DNA from: Octopus sinensis
Lineage: Eukaryota
Length of the DNA: 64,000 nucleotides
Assembly: GCF_006345805.1 (NCBI RefSeq)
Contig: NC_043014.1
Span: 31,496,001-31,560,000, forward strand
Direction: 5' to 3'
The notes below the pieces were generated by a model, which saw only the letters and a program-made list of their open reading frames with translations, made no database searches and had not been told where the DNA came from. Of the stretch, positions 12,447 through 24,329 are shown piece by piece (position 1 is the first letter of the stretch; each line of letters begins with the position of its first letter). The position numbers and the translations under genes were made by a program.

Positions 12447-12830
12447 TACTCTTTTACTTGTTTCAGTCATTTGACTGTGGCCATGCTGGAGCACCGCCTT
12501 TCGTCAAGCAAATCGACCCCAAAACTTATTCTATCAGTCTCTTTTGCTGAACAACTAAGTTACGGGGACGTAAACACACCAGCATCGGCTGTCAAGCGAT
12601 ATTGGGGGACAAACACAGACATAAAAACATATAAATACATATATATATATATATATATACATATATATGATGGGCTTCTTTCGGTTTCCGTCTACCAAAT
12701 CCACTCAAAAGGCTTTGGTTGGCCTGAGGCTATAGCAGAAGACACTTGCCCAAGGTGCCACAGAGTGGGACTGAACCCGGAACCATGCAGCTGGTAAGCA
12801 AGTTACTTACCACACAGCCACTCCTGCACC
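12447..12830 (-). mobile_element. SINE family A, full length
   Basis: Head, body and tail motifs as above. Confidence 0.9.
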
Positions 12831-13184
12831 TAAAAATTGTATGACAAAAAGCCCAGATATGCTACTGTAGTGAATTGTAAGCAAATGACACCAATTACTA
12901 AATGACTCAATTAGTGAAGCCATTATTTACAAACCTATGAATGAAGCATATGTAGGTGAGGTAAATATGAAACTGTACATGCGTGCATGTGTGCATGCAT
13001 ACACACACACACTCAGGTGCGTTTGGTCATCGGGAAATAAATATTACTTTGCCTGGAAACACTGGTGAGTGTTCAACAACAGGAAGGGCATCTGACCATA
13101 GGGAATACACCTGAACAAAAGTTCCATCCCAATCCATGAAAGCAAGGAAAAGTGGATATTCTGTTACATGAAATTCTTTTATTC

Positions 13185-13750
13185 TTTTACTTGTTTCAGT
13201 CATTTAGTTGAAGAAATTGAACCCAAGACTGACTTATTCTTTGTAAGCCTAGTACTTCTTCTATTGATATCCTTTGCCAAACCGCTAAGTTACAGGGACA
13301 TAAACACACCAACATCAGTTGTCAAGTGATGGTGGTGGTGGTGGGGGACACAAATACAGATAGACATACAAATATATACATATACATATACAATGGGCTT
13401 CTTATTTCTTTACTGCCCACAAGGGGCTACACACAGAAGGGACAAACAAGGACAGACACACGGATTAAGTCGATTATATCAACCCCAGCGCGTAACTGGT
13501 ACTTATTTAATTGACCCTGAAAGGATGAGAGGCAAAGTCGACCTCGACGGAATTTGAACTCATAACGTAGCAGTAGACGAAATACCACTAAGCATTTCGC
13601 CTGGCGTGCTAACGTTTCTACCAGCTCGCCGTCTTCTTTCAGTTTCTGTCTACCGAATCCACTCACAAGAGTTTGGTTGGCCTGAGGCTATAGTAGAACA
13701 CACTTGCTCAAGGTACCACGTGGTTGGGAAGCAAGTTTCTTACCACATAG
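13185..13750 (-). mobile_element. SINE family A interrupted by a family B SINE
   Basis: Family A sequence GGGCTTCT|...|TTTCAGTTTCTGTCTACC is split by the insert at ~13400-13630. Confidence 0.8.
13400..13630 (-). mobile_element. SINE family B (GGCGAGCTGGCAGAAACGTTAGC head), nested
   Basis: Reverse complement of GGCGAGCTGGTAGAAACGTTAGCACGCCAGGCGAAATGCTTAG..GTCGACTTTGCC..TAAAGAAATA. Confidence 0.85.
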
Positions 13751-13943
13751 CATCATCTGCACTTAATGCTTATTTATTCACACTGTTTCAAATTAATCAT
13801 GAATTACCTCGTAGCTTCAATATTCTAACTGATGAGGTAGTTTATTTTTAGAATGATATTGTAGGGTAGATTTGAGAGGCCAGATTTGGCCAGCTTGAAT
13901 CTAAAACAGGTAGAATACTTTGGGCTGGATATGCCTGGTTTAA

Positions 13944-14162
13944 CCCTTTAGTGTTCAGATTATTCTATCAAACATAATGCTTATTGATTCCTATTGATTT
14001 GAATTAATCATGCATTATCTCATATCTTCAAGATCTTGATGGTGTAATTACTTAATGTAGAATAACATTGTAGGGTAGGTGTGAGAGCCTGGATCTGGTC
14101 AGTTTAAACATAAAGCAGACTAGCTATTTTGGCCAGATATGGCCGGTTTAAATACTAAAGGG
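13944..14162. mobile_element. Complete piggyBac-type MITE (219 bp)
   Basis: TTAA|CCCTTTAGTGTT ... AATACTAAAGGG|TTAA: TTAA on both sides and CCC/GGG termini; the right terminus is duplicated at 14167-14181; a truncated copy lies immediately upstream (13763-13940). Confidence 0.85.
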
Positions 14163-14803
14163 TTAAATGCTAAAGGGTTAAACTGACAACGATAATTCCA
14201 CAGAAAATCAACTTCAAGAAATATGGTTTGCATGGTTTCTGTTTTTTTTTTTAGCACAAGATGAACCACAATGCCTTTGAATACAAACTAATGAACACTA
14301 CAAGAAAGACTCCAAGCAGAATTCAAATAATGCTGAAGTGGAGCTTTCAGCTAAGTAACCTATACTGATCGCCGGTCAGGCTTCTTTGACCACTCAACCA
14401 GTGGTCTTTGAGATGATTTCTACATTCATATAGAAAACATATATTTCAAACAAAAATACAAACTGCTGATATGAATCATGGGATGGAATGGAAAGGTAAG
14501 TGTATAATAGAGACACAGGAAAAACACATCACAGGTATTTGATGAGCATAATCAGATCTTAAAGGAACTGTTTATCTGTTTCTTCGAACCTAAGGAGGTG
14601 ATAGTGGCTGTTTCAGTTTTCAGAAAGATCACAAACTCTTTCTTATCCCAAACCCACCTCATTCCACCTCACAAAAGGGAAATAAACCCCACTCAGTTTA
14701 GAAGGGGTGGAGGACTTCCAATAATCGAATGTGCAAAGGCAACAGTAATAATAAAGTAAGTAGATGATAACAACACAGAGACAGATTCATTCTATCCACT
14801 CTT

Positions 14804-14839
<36 letters not shown>

Positions 14840-14943
14840 CATACATCAGTCCTACCCACTCAACCCCACCCACTGCTACTACTACCATTTTGATAAAGAC
14901 AAACTGGAGCAGAAGAAAGTAAAAGAAAAAAATAAAATACAAG

Positions 14944-14996
<53 letters not shown>

Positions 14997-15699
14997 TATA
15001 TACATGCACACACACATACACACGCACACACAAATAATAAGGATAAACAGTAAATCTCATCAATTCAAAGTGGATTATCTGGTTGAACAATATTAAATTA
15101 CGTCTCCTTAACTGAGTCTGTCAATGTCAACAATGATGATAATGTTGATGATGTTAATGTAATGGCAGTGATGATGATGGTGATGATGATGATGTTCATA
15201 ATGACAAAGGCAGGAATGATAATGATGGTAATAGTGGCGACATCTACTTACAACCTTCATTGTCTCTCCAACCTGCCACCGCTCCTCTTCTCTTTCAACC
15301 TCTGAATAAACACTAACACACACACAAATGAGTGCACGCACGCACACACACACACACATGCACGCACACACGCACGCACGCACACGCACACACACACACA
15401 CAATTTATTCCACACTCCCTGACAAAGAAACACATCTCCTCCTCTTTTCTCTCTGTTCCCTGCCGGCAGCATTGTGCAATGTGCAGCTCCATGCATGTAT
15501 TGTTGCAGTTGCAATCTGCAGCTGCTGGATAAACAGATCCTAATATTGTAGACATAACATCACGGTGGATGCATAAGATGGTGGAGAAGTTGTCTCCTGT
15601 CCGTTTGATTGTGATGCAAGTCCAGTAAAGGTGGCCAGATGGTGTGGTAGCAGTGATGGCGAACGACATAAGACAGAGCAGATATTCAAGAAGGCGACA

Positions 15700-15800
15700 G
15701 CCAACCAACCAACCAGCCAGCCAGCCAGCCAACCAGCCAACCAACCAGCCGACCAACCAGCCAACCGACCAATTAACCAGCCATCCAGACAACCAGACAG
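15700..15800. repeat. (AGCC/AACC)n tetranucleotide tract
   Basis: Direct read; source of the W/L/A/G/V-rich ORFs. Confidence 0.9.
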
Positions 15801-16179
15801 TCATGTTGTCTTAGGATCAAATTGTAGTTCAGATTTCTAACAAGACATGTCCATCACCCCACCCCCACTCTCTTGCTTCCAATAACAACAGCCCTAGTCT
15901 CTCTCTCTCTCTCTCTACGTGTGTGTGTATTTAATATTCAGGTGAACCTACTTAAATACTCAAAATGCTGCTGTAGTTGATGATGATGAAGATGTCTTTA
16001 CTGTTTTCTACATAACATTATACACCAGTTTGTTTAGCCCCAAGTCATTACTGACCATCCTGTCCTACTGTTTATCAAAGATTACTATTGTAGACAATAT
16101 ATCAATGGCAACCTTTCATATAAAACAACACACACACACACATTTGTGCTTATTTCATTATAAAGTTTGGTATTGTTCA

Positions 16180-16797
16180 ACCCCTTAGCATTTAATCCAG
16201 CCATATCCGGCCCAAATATTTCACCTGTTTTATGTTAAAACTGTCTGGATCCAACCTCTCACACCTATCCTACAATGTCATTTTAAAAGTATATAGCCAC
16301 ACACATTTAAATTTTGAAGTTATAAAATAATATGTGATTAATTCAAAACAGTATGAATAAATAAGCAATAAATTTCACAAATTTTACGCACTGGGGGTCG
16401 ATGTAATCGACTTAATCTGTTTGTCTGTCCTTGTTTGTCCTCTCTGTGTTTAGCCCCTTGTGGGTAGTAAAGAAATAGGTATTTCGTCTGCCATTACGTT
16501 CTGAGTTCAAATTCTGCTGAGGTCAACTTTGCCTTTCATCCTCTCAGGGTTGATAAATTAAGTACCAGTTACACATTTGGGGGGGGGGGGGGTCGATGTA
16601 ATCGACTTAATCCCTTTGTCTGTCCTTGTTTGTCCCCTCTATGTTTAGCCCCTCATGGGCAATAAAGAAATAAGAAACAAATGTATATGTTGACCTGTTA
16701 ACTGAAGTCTAAATCGACCCTTTAGCATTTAAACTGGCCATATCAAGCCCAAATATTTCACAAATTTCACAAAGAAGTCTGAATGCTAAAGGGTTAA
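16180..16797. mobile_element. piggyBac-type MITE containing a ~374-bp insert copied from 17842-18188
   Basis: MITE left part 16180-16382, insert 16384-16757, MITE right end CTGAATGCTAAAGGG-TTAA. Confidence 0.75.
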
Positions 16798-16971
16798 ATC
16801 CTTAAATTGGGAGTAATATAAGCTGCATTTTAATGATTGTTACTCCACATCAGCACAGATCAGATGGATCAGTGGTATAACATATTGATATTCATTGTTG
16901 TCACTGGCATTGCACTGCACTGTAGATTCATCTCAATGCAAACAGGTGCAGCTCACATAAAGCAAGAAAAG

Positions 16972-17202
16972 CTCTCTTTACTCTTTTACTCTTTTACTTG
17001 TTTCAGTCATTTGACTGCGGCCATGCTGGAGCACCGCCTTTAATCGAGCAACTCGACCCCGGGACTTATTCTTTTGTAAGCCCAGTACTTATTCTATTGG
17101 TCTCTTTTGCCGAACAGCTAGATAACGGGGACATAAACACACCAGCATCGGTTGTCAAGCAATGTTAGGGGGACAAACACAGACACACAAACACACACAC
17201 GC

Positions 17203-17254
<52 letters not shown>

Positions 17255-17421
17255 ATATACGACGGGCTTCTTTCAGTTTCCGTCTACCAATCCACTCACA
17301 AAGCTTTGGTCGGCCCGAGGCTATAGTAGAAGACACTTGCCCAAGGTGCCATGCAGTGGGACTGAACCCGGAACCATGTGGTTGGTAAACAAGCTACTTA
17401 CCACACAGTCACTCCTGTGCC
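16972..17421 (-). mobile_element. SINE family A, full length, low divergence
   Basis: Tail (CTTTTA)n repeat through head CACACAGTCACTCCTGTGCC. Confidence 0.9.
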
Positions 17422-17712
17422 TATGATTAATCATCTTTTTCACTATTTTGCACATGTTCAGCCAGTGGGGCCGAGAATAAGGAGCATTGGAGGTGAGGAC
17501 GATCACTTCAGTATTATTTATTCACTTTGGAAATGCAAGTATGATCAAATGGTCAAGAAGTTTTGCAATCATGAATTCTATGCATGGTGTCTTGGGCAAA
17601 TATCTTTTGCCACAGCCTCAAGTTGATCTAAGATTTTAGTTGGAAATTATGTGGATGGAAACTGAGTAAAACTGGGTAGACGGAAACAAATGTATATTTG
17701 CCAGCTTGCCAG

Positions 17713-18103
17713 GGCGGCGAGCTGGCAGAAACGTTAGCACGCTGAGTGAAATGCTTAGCGGTATTTCATCTGCTGCTACGCTCTGAGTTCAAATTCCGCT
17801 GAGGTCGACTTTGCCTTCGGGGTCGCTAAATTAAGTACCAGTTACGCACTGGGTCGATGTAATCGACTTAATTTGTCTGTCCTCTCTGTGTTTAGCCCCT
17901 TGTGGGTAGTAAAGAAATAGGTATTTCGTCTGCCATTACGTTCTGAGTTCAAATTCCGCCGAGGTCGACTTTGCATTTCATCCTCTCGGAGTTGATAAAT
18001 TAAGTACCAGTTACACACTGGGGTCGATGTAATCGACTTGATCCCTTTGGCTGTCCTTGTTTGTTCCCTCTATGTTTAGCCACTCGTGGGCAATAAAGAA
18101 ATA
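17713..18103 (+). mobile_element. SINE family B, internally duplicated form, with 15-bp TSD
   Basis: GAAACAAATGTATAT at 17683-17697 and 18105-18119; body and 3' half occur twice in tandem. Confidence 0.9.
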
Positions 18104-18148
18104 AGAAACAAATGTATATGTTGACCTGTTAATTGAAGTCTAAATCGA

Positions 18149-18373
18149 CCCTTTAGCATTTAAACTGGCCATATCAAGCCCAAATATTGTACTGTGTTTT
18201 ATGTTCAAACTGGCCAGATTCAACCTCTCACACCTTCCTTATTATGTCATTCTGAAAATAAACAATCACATCTTTGAGATTTCAAAGCTGCAAGGTAATG
18301 CATAATTAATTCAAAACAATTTGAATATGCAAGCAAAGAATGCATTTGACAGAATAATCTGAATGCTAAAGAG
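18149..18373. mobile_element. piggyBac-type MITE, complete
   Basis: CCCTTTAGCATT ... AATGCTAAAGAG with degenerate TTAA flanks (TCGA / TTGA). Confidence 0.8.
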
Positions 18374-19794
18374 TTGAAACGGATATTCAGATATTCAGTG
18401 TAATTTAGCATCCAAGTGAAGACAGAAGGGTCTATTCTGAGAGGAAGAGAGGTCCAAGCTGAATTTAAAAGAGAATCTGTCCTTTACTCTTTGTAAATGG
18501 TAATTAACTGAACAATCAGTGCTACCAATTGATTGCTATTATTAAACTCTTAATCATATCCGTATGCAGCAAACCACCCCCATCACACACATAAACCACC
18601 CTATTGGACCCCTAGCCCCAACCACATATAGAGGGTTCATGAATCTAAATGTAGGGTAGTTTATATTATACTTGAGGAAAATATCCAAACTTGTAATTAT
18701 ACTATCTAATCACCTTCATCCGCATACTCACACACACTTGCTCTCTTTCAAACAATCACACACTTAATACACAAACATAGAGGCACTTTCTGCACCTTTT
18801 ACACATACAATGCATAGCTCACACAGCTGGCCTCTTTCCATCTCGCACACAACTTCTCTCTCCCTCCCCATTACACACACATGCACTCACACAATCTATG
18901 CTCAACTTACTCTACTCATTTCAACAATTAAACAGAAAATCTCTATTTGTAAACACTCAGTCCATAACTAACTATTAGCAATCACACAAATTAAACTGGA
19001 AATGAGACAGATTTATCAAGTGACCAGTCTATTCACCACAATGACAAACTACAAGGTGCATTGTAATGGCATCAATCTAAACAGTTTTCCTGTGGCTGTT
19101 TCTGTTACAACACCCCTAATTAAATAACTAATTAGCCATGAAACCATAAGCACAGAACTAAGTGTCCATATAAAGACAACACTGAGAGTGAACATTTGTC
19201 AGAGTAGATAGGATGAGTGACTTCTAGCTAAAGGACAGGAAGGCCCATGGTTCATGTCTGGTCATTAGTGCTGGGTGTAAAGGTGTAATTGAACTCGTAA
19301 ATAAGGTAGATTGACTTCTTAGAGGCTATGAGTTCAAATCAGCTAAAAGAACAACATTGTTTCTGAGCAAGATATTTTATTTTGTATTATTTCACTTTAC
19401 TTAACAGCTTGGGAATAGTTATTAGGTCATTACATAAGAAATCAATAATGTAAGAAATCAATATCATCTGTTATAAACAAATGCTGAAGAGATTTTTTTT
19501 TTCCCTCATCTACTTTATGCAAAGAAATCAGAGATAAACACTGGTCCTAAAAAGCCATCTAAGGCTGGTGGGTAGAGGTTATTCATATTAATATATCTTT
19601 TTATACATTGATACTGGGCTCTGTTTTTCCTTGGCCTAGGCATTTATTAATCGTTAGCTCAGTCCATTTAGTGCTACACAGGTTCCATAAGGTGTCACCA
19701 CTATAAATAGTAGAGGCACCGCAATTTCTTTCTATTTTTTCCCCCTTGTTGTAAGCTTTACAGTATTGAATACCAATTCTACAAAATGAGACGT

Positions 19795-20335
19795 GGCTGG
19801 GCACTCTGTTGGTTATGATGATTTGATTAAAGGAATAGACTGCTCATGAAATTAACTTGCAAGTGGCTGAGCACTCTACAGGAACACATGCTCTGAAAGC
19901 TGGTAGAAACATTAGAACACTGGGTGAAATGCTTAGAGGTATTTAGTCTGCCGTTATGTTCTGAGTTCAAATTCAGCTGAAGTCGACTTTGCCTTTCGTC
20001 CTTTCGGGGTCGGTAAATTAAGTACCAGTTATGCACTGGGGTTAATGTAATCGACTTAATTCCTTTGTCTGTCCTTGTTTGTCCCCTCTATGTTTAGCTC
20101 CTTGTGGGCAATAAAGAAATAAGAAACACATGCTCTGAAAGTAGTTTCAGGGGAGTCAGTGTGACAAGGCTGGCCCACTGAACTACAAGTAGATCCCATT
20201 TTTGTCAGCTGAGTGTTTTGAAGCAGCACAGCATAAAGTGTCTTGCTCAAGGACACTAAGCACCACCAGGAATTGAACTCATAACTTTACAATTGTGAGC
20301 TGAGTACACTATCCACTAAGCCACATGCTTGCACA
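19795..20335 (-). mobile_element. Third tRNA-headed SINE family, interrupted by a family B SINE
   Basis: Minus head GTGCAAGCATGTGGCTTAGTGG..GAGTTCAATTCCTGG..GTGTCCTTGAGCAAGACACTTTAT; the body resumes after the insert. Confidence 0.65.
19900..20124 (+). mobile_element. SINE family B, 5'-truncated, 17-bp TSD
   Basis: AACACATGCTCTGAAAG at 19883-19899 and 20125-20141. Confidence 0.85.
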
Positions 20336-20694
20336 CGGATATAGGTCCAAAAACATCGTTTAACATCCATTTTCCATTCAGGCATGGGTTGGATGGTTTG
20401 AGAGGAGCTGGCCAGGTATAACACCACTCCAGGCTATTGTGTCTGTTTTGGCATGGTTTTTACAGCTGGATACCAACCACATTGCAGTGGGAACTGGATG
20501 CTTTTTATGTGGTACCAACAAGGTCACCAAGTGAATATGTGAGCATGTCTGTGTGTGTTCATCTTAGTATGTATGTTTGTCCTCCCACTCCACTGCTTGA
20601 CAGCCAGTGTTTGTTTGTTTGTTTACATTCCCTGTAATTTAATAGTTTGGCAAAAGAGACTGATAGAATCATCATCAGCAGCAGCAACATCATC

Positions 20695-20945
20695 ATCGTT
20701 CAACGTCTGCTTTCCATGCTAGCATGGGTTAGATGATTTGACTGAAGACTGGCAAACCAGATGGCTGCACCAGGCTCCAATCTGATCTGGCAGAGTTCCT
20801 ACAGCTGGATTCCTTTCCTAATGCCAACCACTCCGAGGGTGTAGTGGGTACGAGGGCCAGTCAGGCGGTACTGGCAATGACCACACTCAAATGGTGTTTT
20901 TTACGTACAACCTGCACAGGAGCCGGACCAGTGGCACTGGCAACG
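20695..20945 (-). mobile_element. RTE LINE 3' tail fragment
   Basis: CATCATCGTTCAACGTCTGCTTTCCATGCTAGCATGGGTT..AATGCCAACCACTCCGAG. Confidence 0.8.
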
Positions 20946-22504
20946 ACCTCGAATAAGTACCAAATTTCAAAAATAAATACTATTTATTGATTTTTTCGAC
21001 TAAACCCTGAAGGGCACTACATTGAAATGTAGTGCCCCAATATGATTGTAGTCCAGTAAAAGAAGTGCAAGTAAAGGGAAAAACAAACTGTCTTCAAGAT
21101 GAGAGGGGGAAACTTTTGAGAGATCTGATTTAGTGATTTTTCCAATTCAAAAACAGAAACATGTAAGTGAAACATACACAAATCACATATATGCATAAAA
21201 CATACTCATACGCAATTTGCATACAAGCTCTTAAATTACTCACACATGCAAACAAACACACACACACACACACACATGCATGAACAATTCTCATACATAC
21301 AAATTACTTAGAAAAGACACACATATTACTAATACATATGAATCATATACATGTATATAATATGCATGCACATACACACATATGTATACACATGGATGGA
21401 TGGATGGAGATAGACAAATACATAGAAATAGAAGTGGACTGACAGACAGGCAGATAACTAGATAGACAGGCAGAGATAAACAAACAGACAGTCAAATAGA
21501 GATAGATATACATATATGTATGTATATGTACACAAACACACATACGTACATAGACACTGTTCAGCAAAGCTATATAAATTAATAGATCATGACAAAATTA
21601 TTTTGTAGCCATTAGTGTCAAGAAAGGCAGCAAGTCTGTAGAATGTATTAGTGAACTGTGTGTGTGTGTATGTAATAGTGAATTGTATGTACAGAGGAAG
21701 CTGTGAAGCTGTACATGTAGTTAATTAAATGACACGGCCATTGACTATGAGTAAACAAATGACAAGGCTGACAGATGACCATGAAACAACAAGAAATAAA
21801 CTGTCCATCTACATACTATCATAGATGCATAGTCTTCAACAACACTGCACAGAGAAAGAAAGGGGGGGTAAAGAGAGAGGGAAATATAGAAAGTAAGACA
21901 GAAATTGCGATTACTGAAGTTCTGATTTCTTGCCCAAAACCAACACTAGTTCCACAAAATGGCATAAATGTATTATTGAGCGAGGTAAGAAAACTATACA
22001 ATAAGAGAAAATGAACAGAAGTAACTACAATTATATAAAAGTAATTATTTTGTTCAATGAAGCTGAAAAAAAAGAAGAAAAAACAACAAAAAACAAAAGA
22101 AGAAACATGGACAAATATATAAATAAAAGTGATTATCAAAGATGAAGATTTTGTCTTTTTGTTTCATTTAGTTCTTTGGGGAATTAAAATTTATTCTTGA
22201 TTTGTGAATTGGAATTTACAATTGTCAATTCTTGTAATTTCTCCACCTCACTATTCTGAAAATCTTTGAAATCCACAGCTGTTGGGCAGCACCACTACTG
22301 GTTATTGTGTGTGTGTGTGTACACGTGCGTGCACACACACACACATATATATGCATATACACACCTACATTATATATCTAAATGCACATACACAAATAAT
22401 ATACACCCACACACATAAATATACCTATATACAATGTGTATATATATATATATATATACATTTGTATGTATAATGCACATACAGATATTTGTGTAAATAT
22501 ACCT

Positions 22505-22830
22505 GGCAAGCCAAGTGAAATTGTAGTCGTGGCCAATCCCAGTATCGCATAACTGGCCTGTTTAAAAGTACCCTCCAATCATTGGGTAATATACTGCGCT
22601 TGAGAAGAACTGTTGAGTCAAGTGAAATCATAGTTGTAGCTGATGCCAGTGCCACCTGACTGGTACATAAAAAGCATCCACTACATTCTCGGAGTGGTTG
22701 GCATTAGGAAGGGCATCCAGCTGTAGAAACTTTGCCTGGTGCAGCCCCTTGGCTTGCCAATCCTCAGTCGAACTGTCTAACCCATGCCAGCATGGAAAGC
22801 AGACATTAAATAATGATGATGATGATGATT
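22505..22830 (+). mobile_element. RTE LINE 3' UTR/tail fragment
   Basis: AAGTGAAATCATAGTTGTAGCTGATGCC..CTCGGAGTGGTTGGCATTAGGAAGGG..(GAT)n. Confidence 0.8.
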
Positions 22831-23809
22831 ATATATATATATATATATATATATATTAAGGTATGTAGAAAAATACAACATGGACAAGAACGTATAACTC
22901 TTAGAAGACGATACAATAAACATGGACAGGACATTCGAACCCCTCAGTCTTCAGTCAAGAACCGGATCATCGTAGTAATTTCAGCTGATTAATCTTGAGA
23001 TTACTAGATCACGGCCAGCCCTCCAAGAAAAACTAAGCAACGAGCATTAGAAAAACTATGCTGGAAGCGTAGATTTCCTGGAAGAAGGATCGAATGCATA
23101 CGAACACCAGGACAGCAAAAGGGACAGATATAAAAAAAAAACAAAAAACAATAATGGAATACAGAAACATGAAATACAGAAGCATTAACGGTGAAAACAA
23201 CAAGTGTCTTACGACTGATAACAAACACACACACATTCTTACTACATGTACACAATTTTTCTGAACAGCTGCTCCTTGAAACATCATGTTTACTACCACA
23301 CCCACCAACTACTGCTACCACCACCACCTGTTTTTTATCTAGCAAACACCTCTTTTCTCAATCAGTGAGTTAACTCTTTCACACCACACACCTATTAAAT
23401 ATTACAATTCTCACTCAGACTGTCTTGTTTTTATTTATCACATTATAAAAGGAACAACTTCAGTACTTAACTGCTATGATACTCTAAATTTAAAAGCAAA
23501 AGAACGCAATTACAAACAAAACGACATCTTTGACTGCTACCCCTGTGAAGGGCAAATCAGAATTTGCAGATCTTGCCTATTTGTCAGTCTATGATCGAAG
23601 GCATTTCAGCAGTGGCAGCTTTCATATATATATATATCATATTTTATAAAGGTGTAATGAGTTGAAAAACCTGTCAGTTATTTCAAGGCTAACTAGTGTC
23701 ATTAGTACTGCAGGTACATATAGGTGCATTACAGAAGTTTTATGATAGGCATAATAGGAAGCTAAAACTGTCCTACATTATTATAATTTTAGTATATCAT
23801 TGATATGCA

Positions 23810-24185
23810 CAGACATGGCTGTGTGGTAAGAAGCTTGCTTCTCAACCACATGACTCCAGGTTCAGTCCTCTGCTTAGAACCTTAGGCTACTGTCTTCTAC
23901 TATAACTTCAGGTTGACCAAAGCCTTGTGATTGAATTTGGTGGACGGAAACTGAAAGAGATCTGTGTGTGTGTGTGTCTGCGTCCATGTTTATCCCCCAT
24001 CACTACTTGACAACCTGTGTTGGTTTGTTTAAATCCTTGTAACTTAGTGATTTGGCCATAGAGATTGATAGAATAAGTACCAGGCTTTAAAAAAAATGTA
24101 CTGGGATTGATTCATTTGACTAACAACTCTTCAAGGCTGTGCCCCAGCATGACCACAGTCTAATGACTGAAACCGGTAAAAGATA
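23810..24185 (+). mobile_element. SINE family A, full length
   Basis: CATGGCTGTGTGGTAAGAAGCTTGC ... CCCCAGCATGACCACAGTCTAATGACTGAAACC. Confidence 0.85.
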
Positions 24186-24329
24186 GATCTAATAAGCTGA
24201 CCTGCCAACTATTGTAACTCCAGATTGAAGATGGCTGTAACAAATCAAACACACTCTACTAAACACTGCTTGTCACAGCTGACTAGTTTGCAGAAGCAGC
24301 TGAAATGTGAAGACAGCTTGGAAGCTTGA

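Noticed and set aside
19060-19085. miR-33-like GTGCATTGTA
   Set aside because: Only 10 nt match and no complementary arm for a hairpin.
22940-22985. Hammerhead-like CTGAAGA..CGAA on the minus strand of an unclassified repeat
   Set aside because: Stem II cannot pair and GAAA is incomplete.
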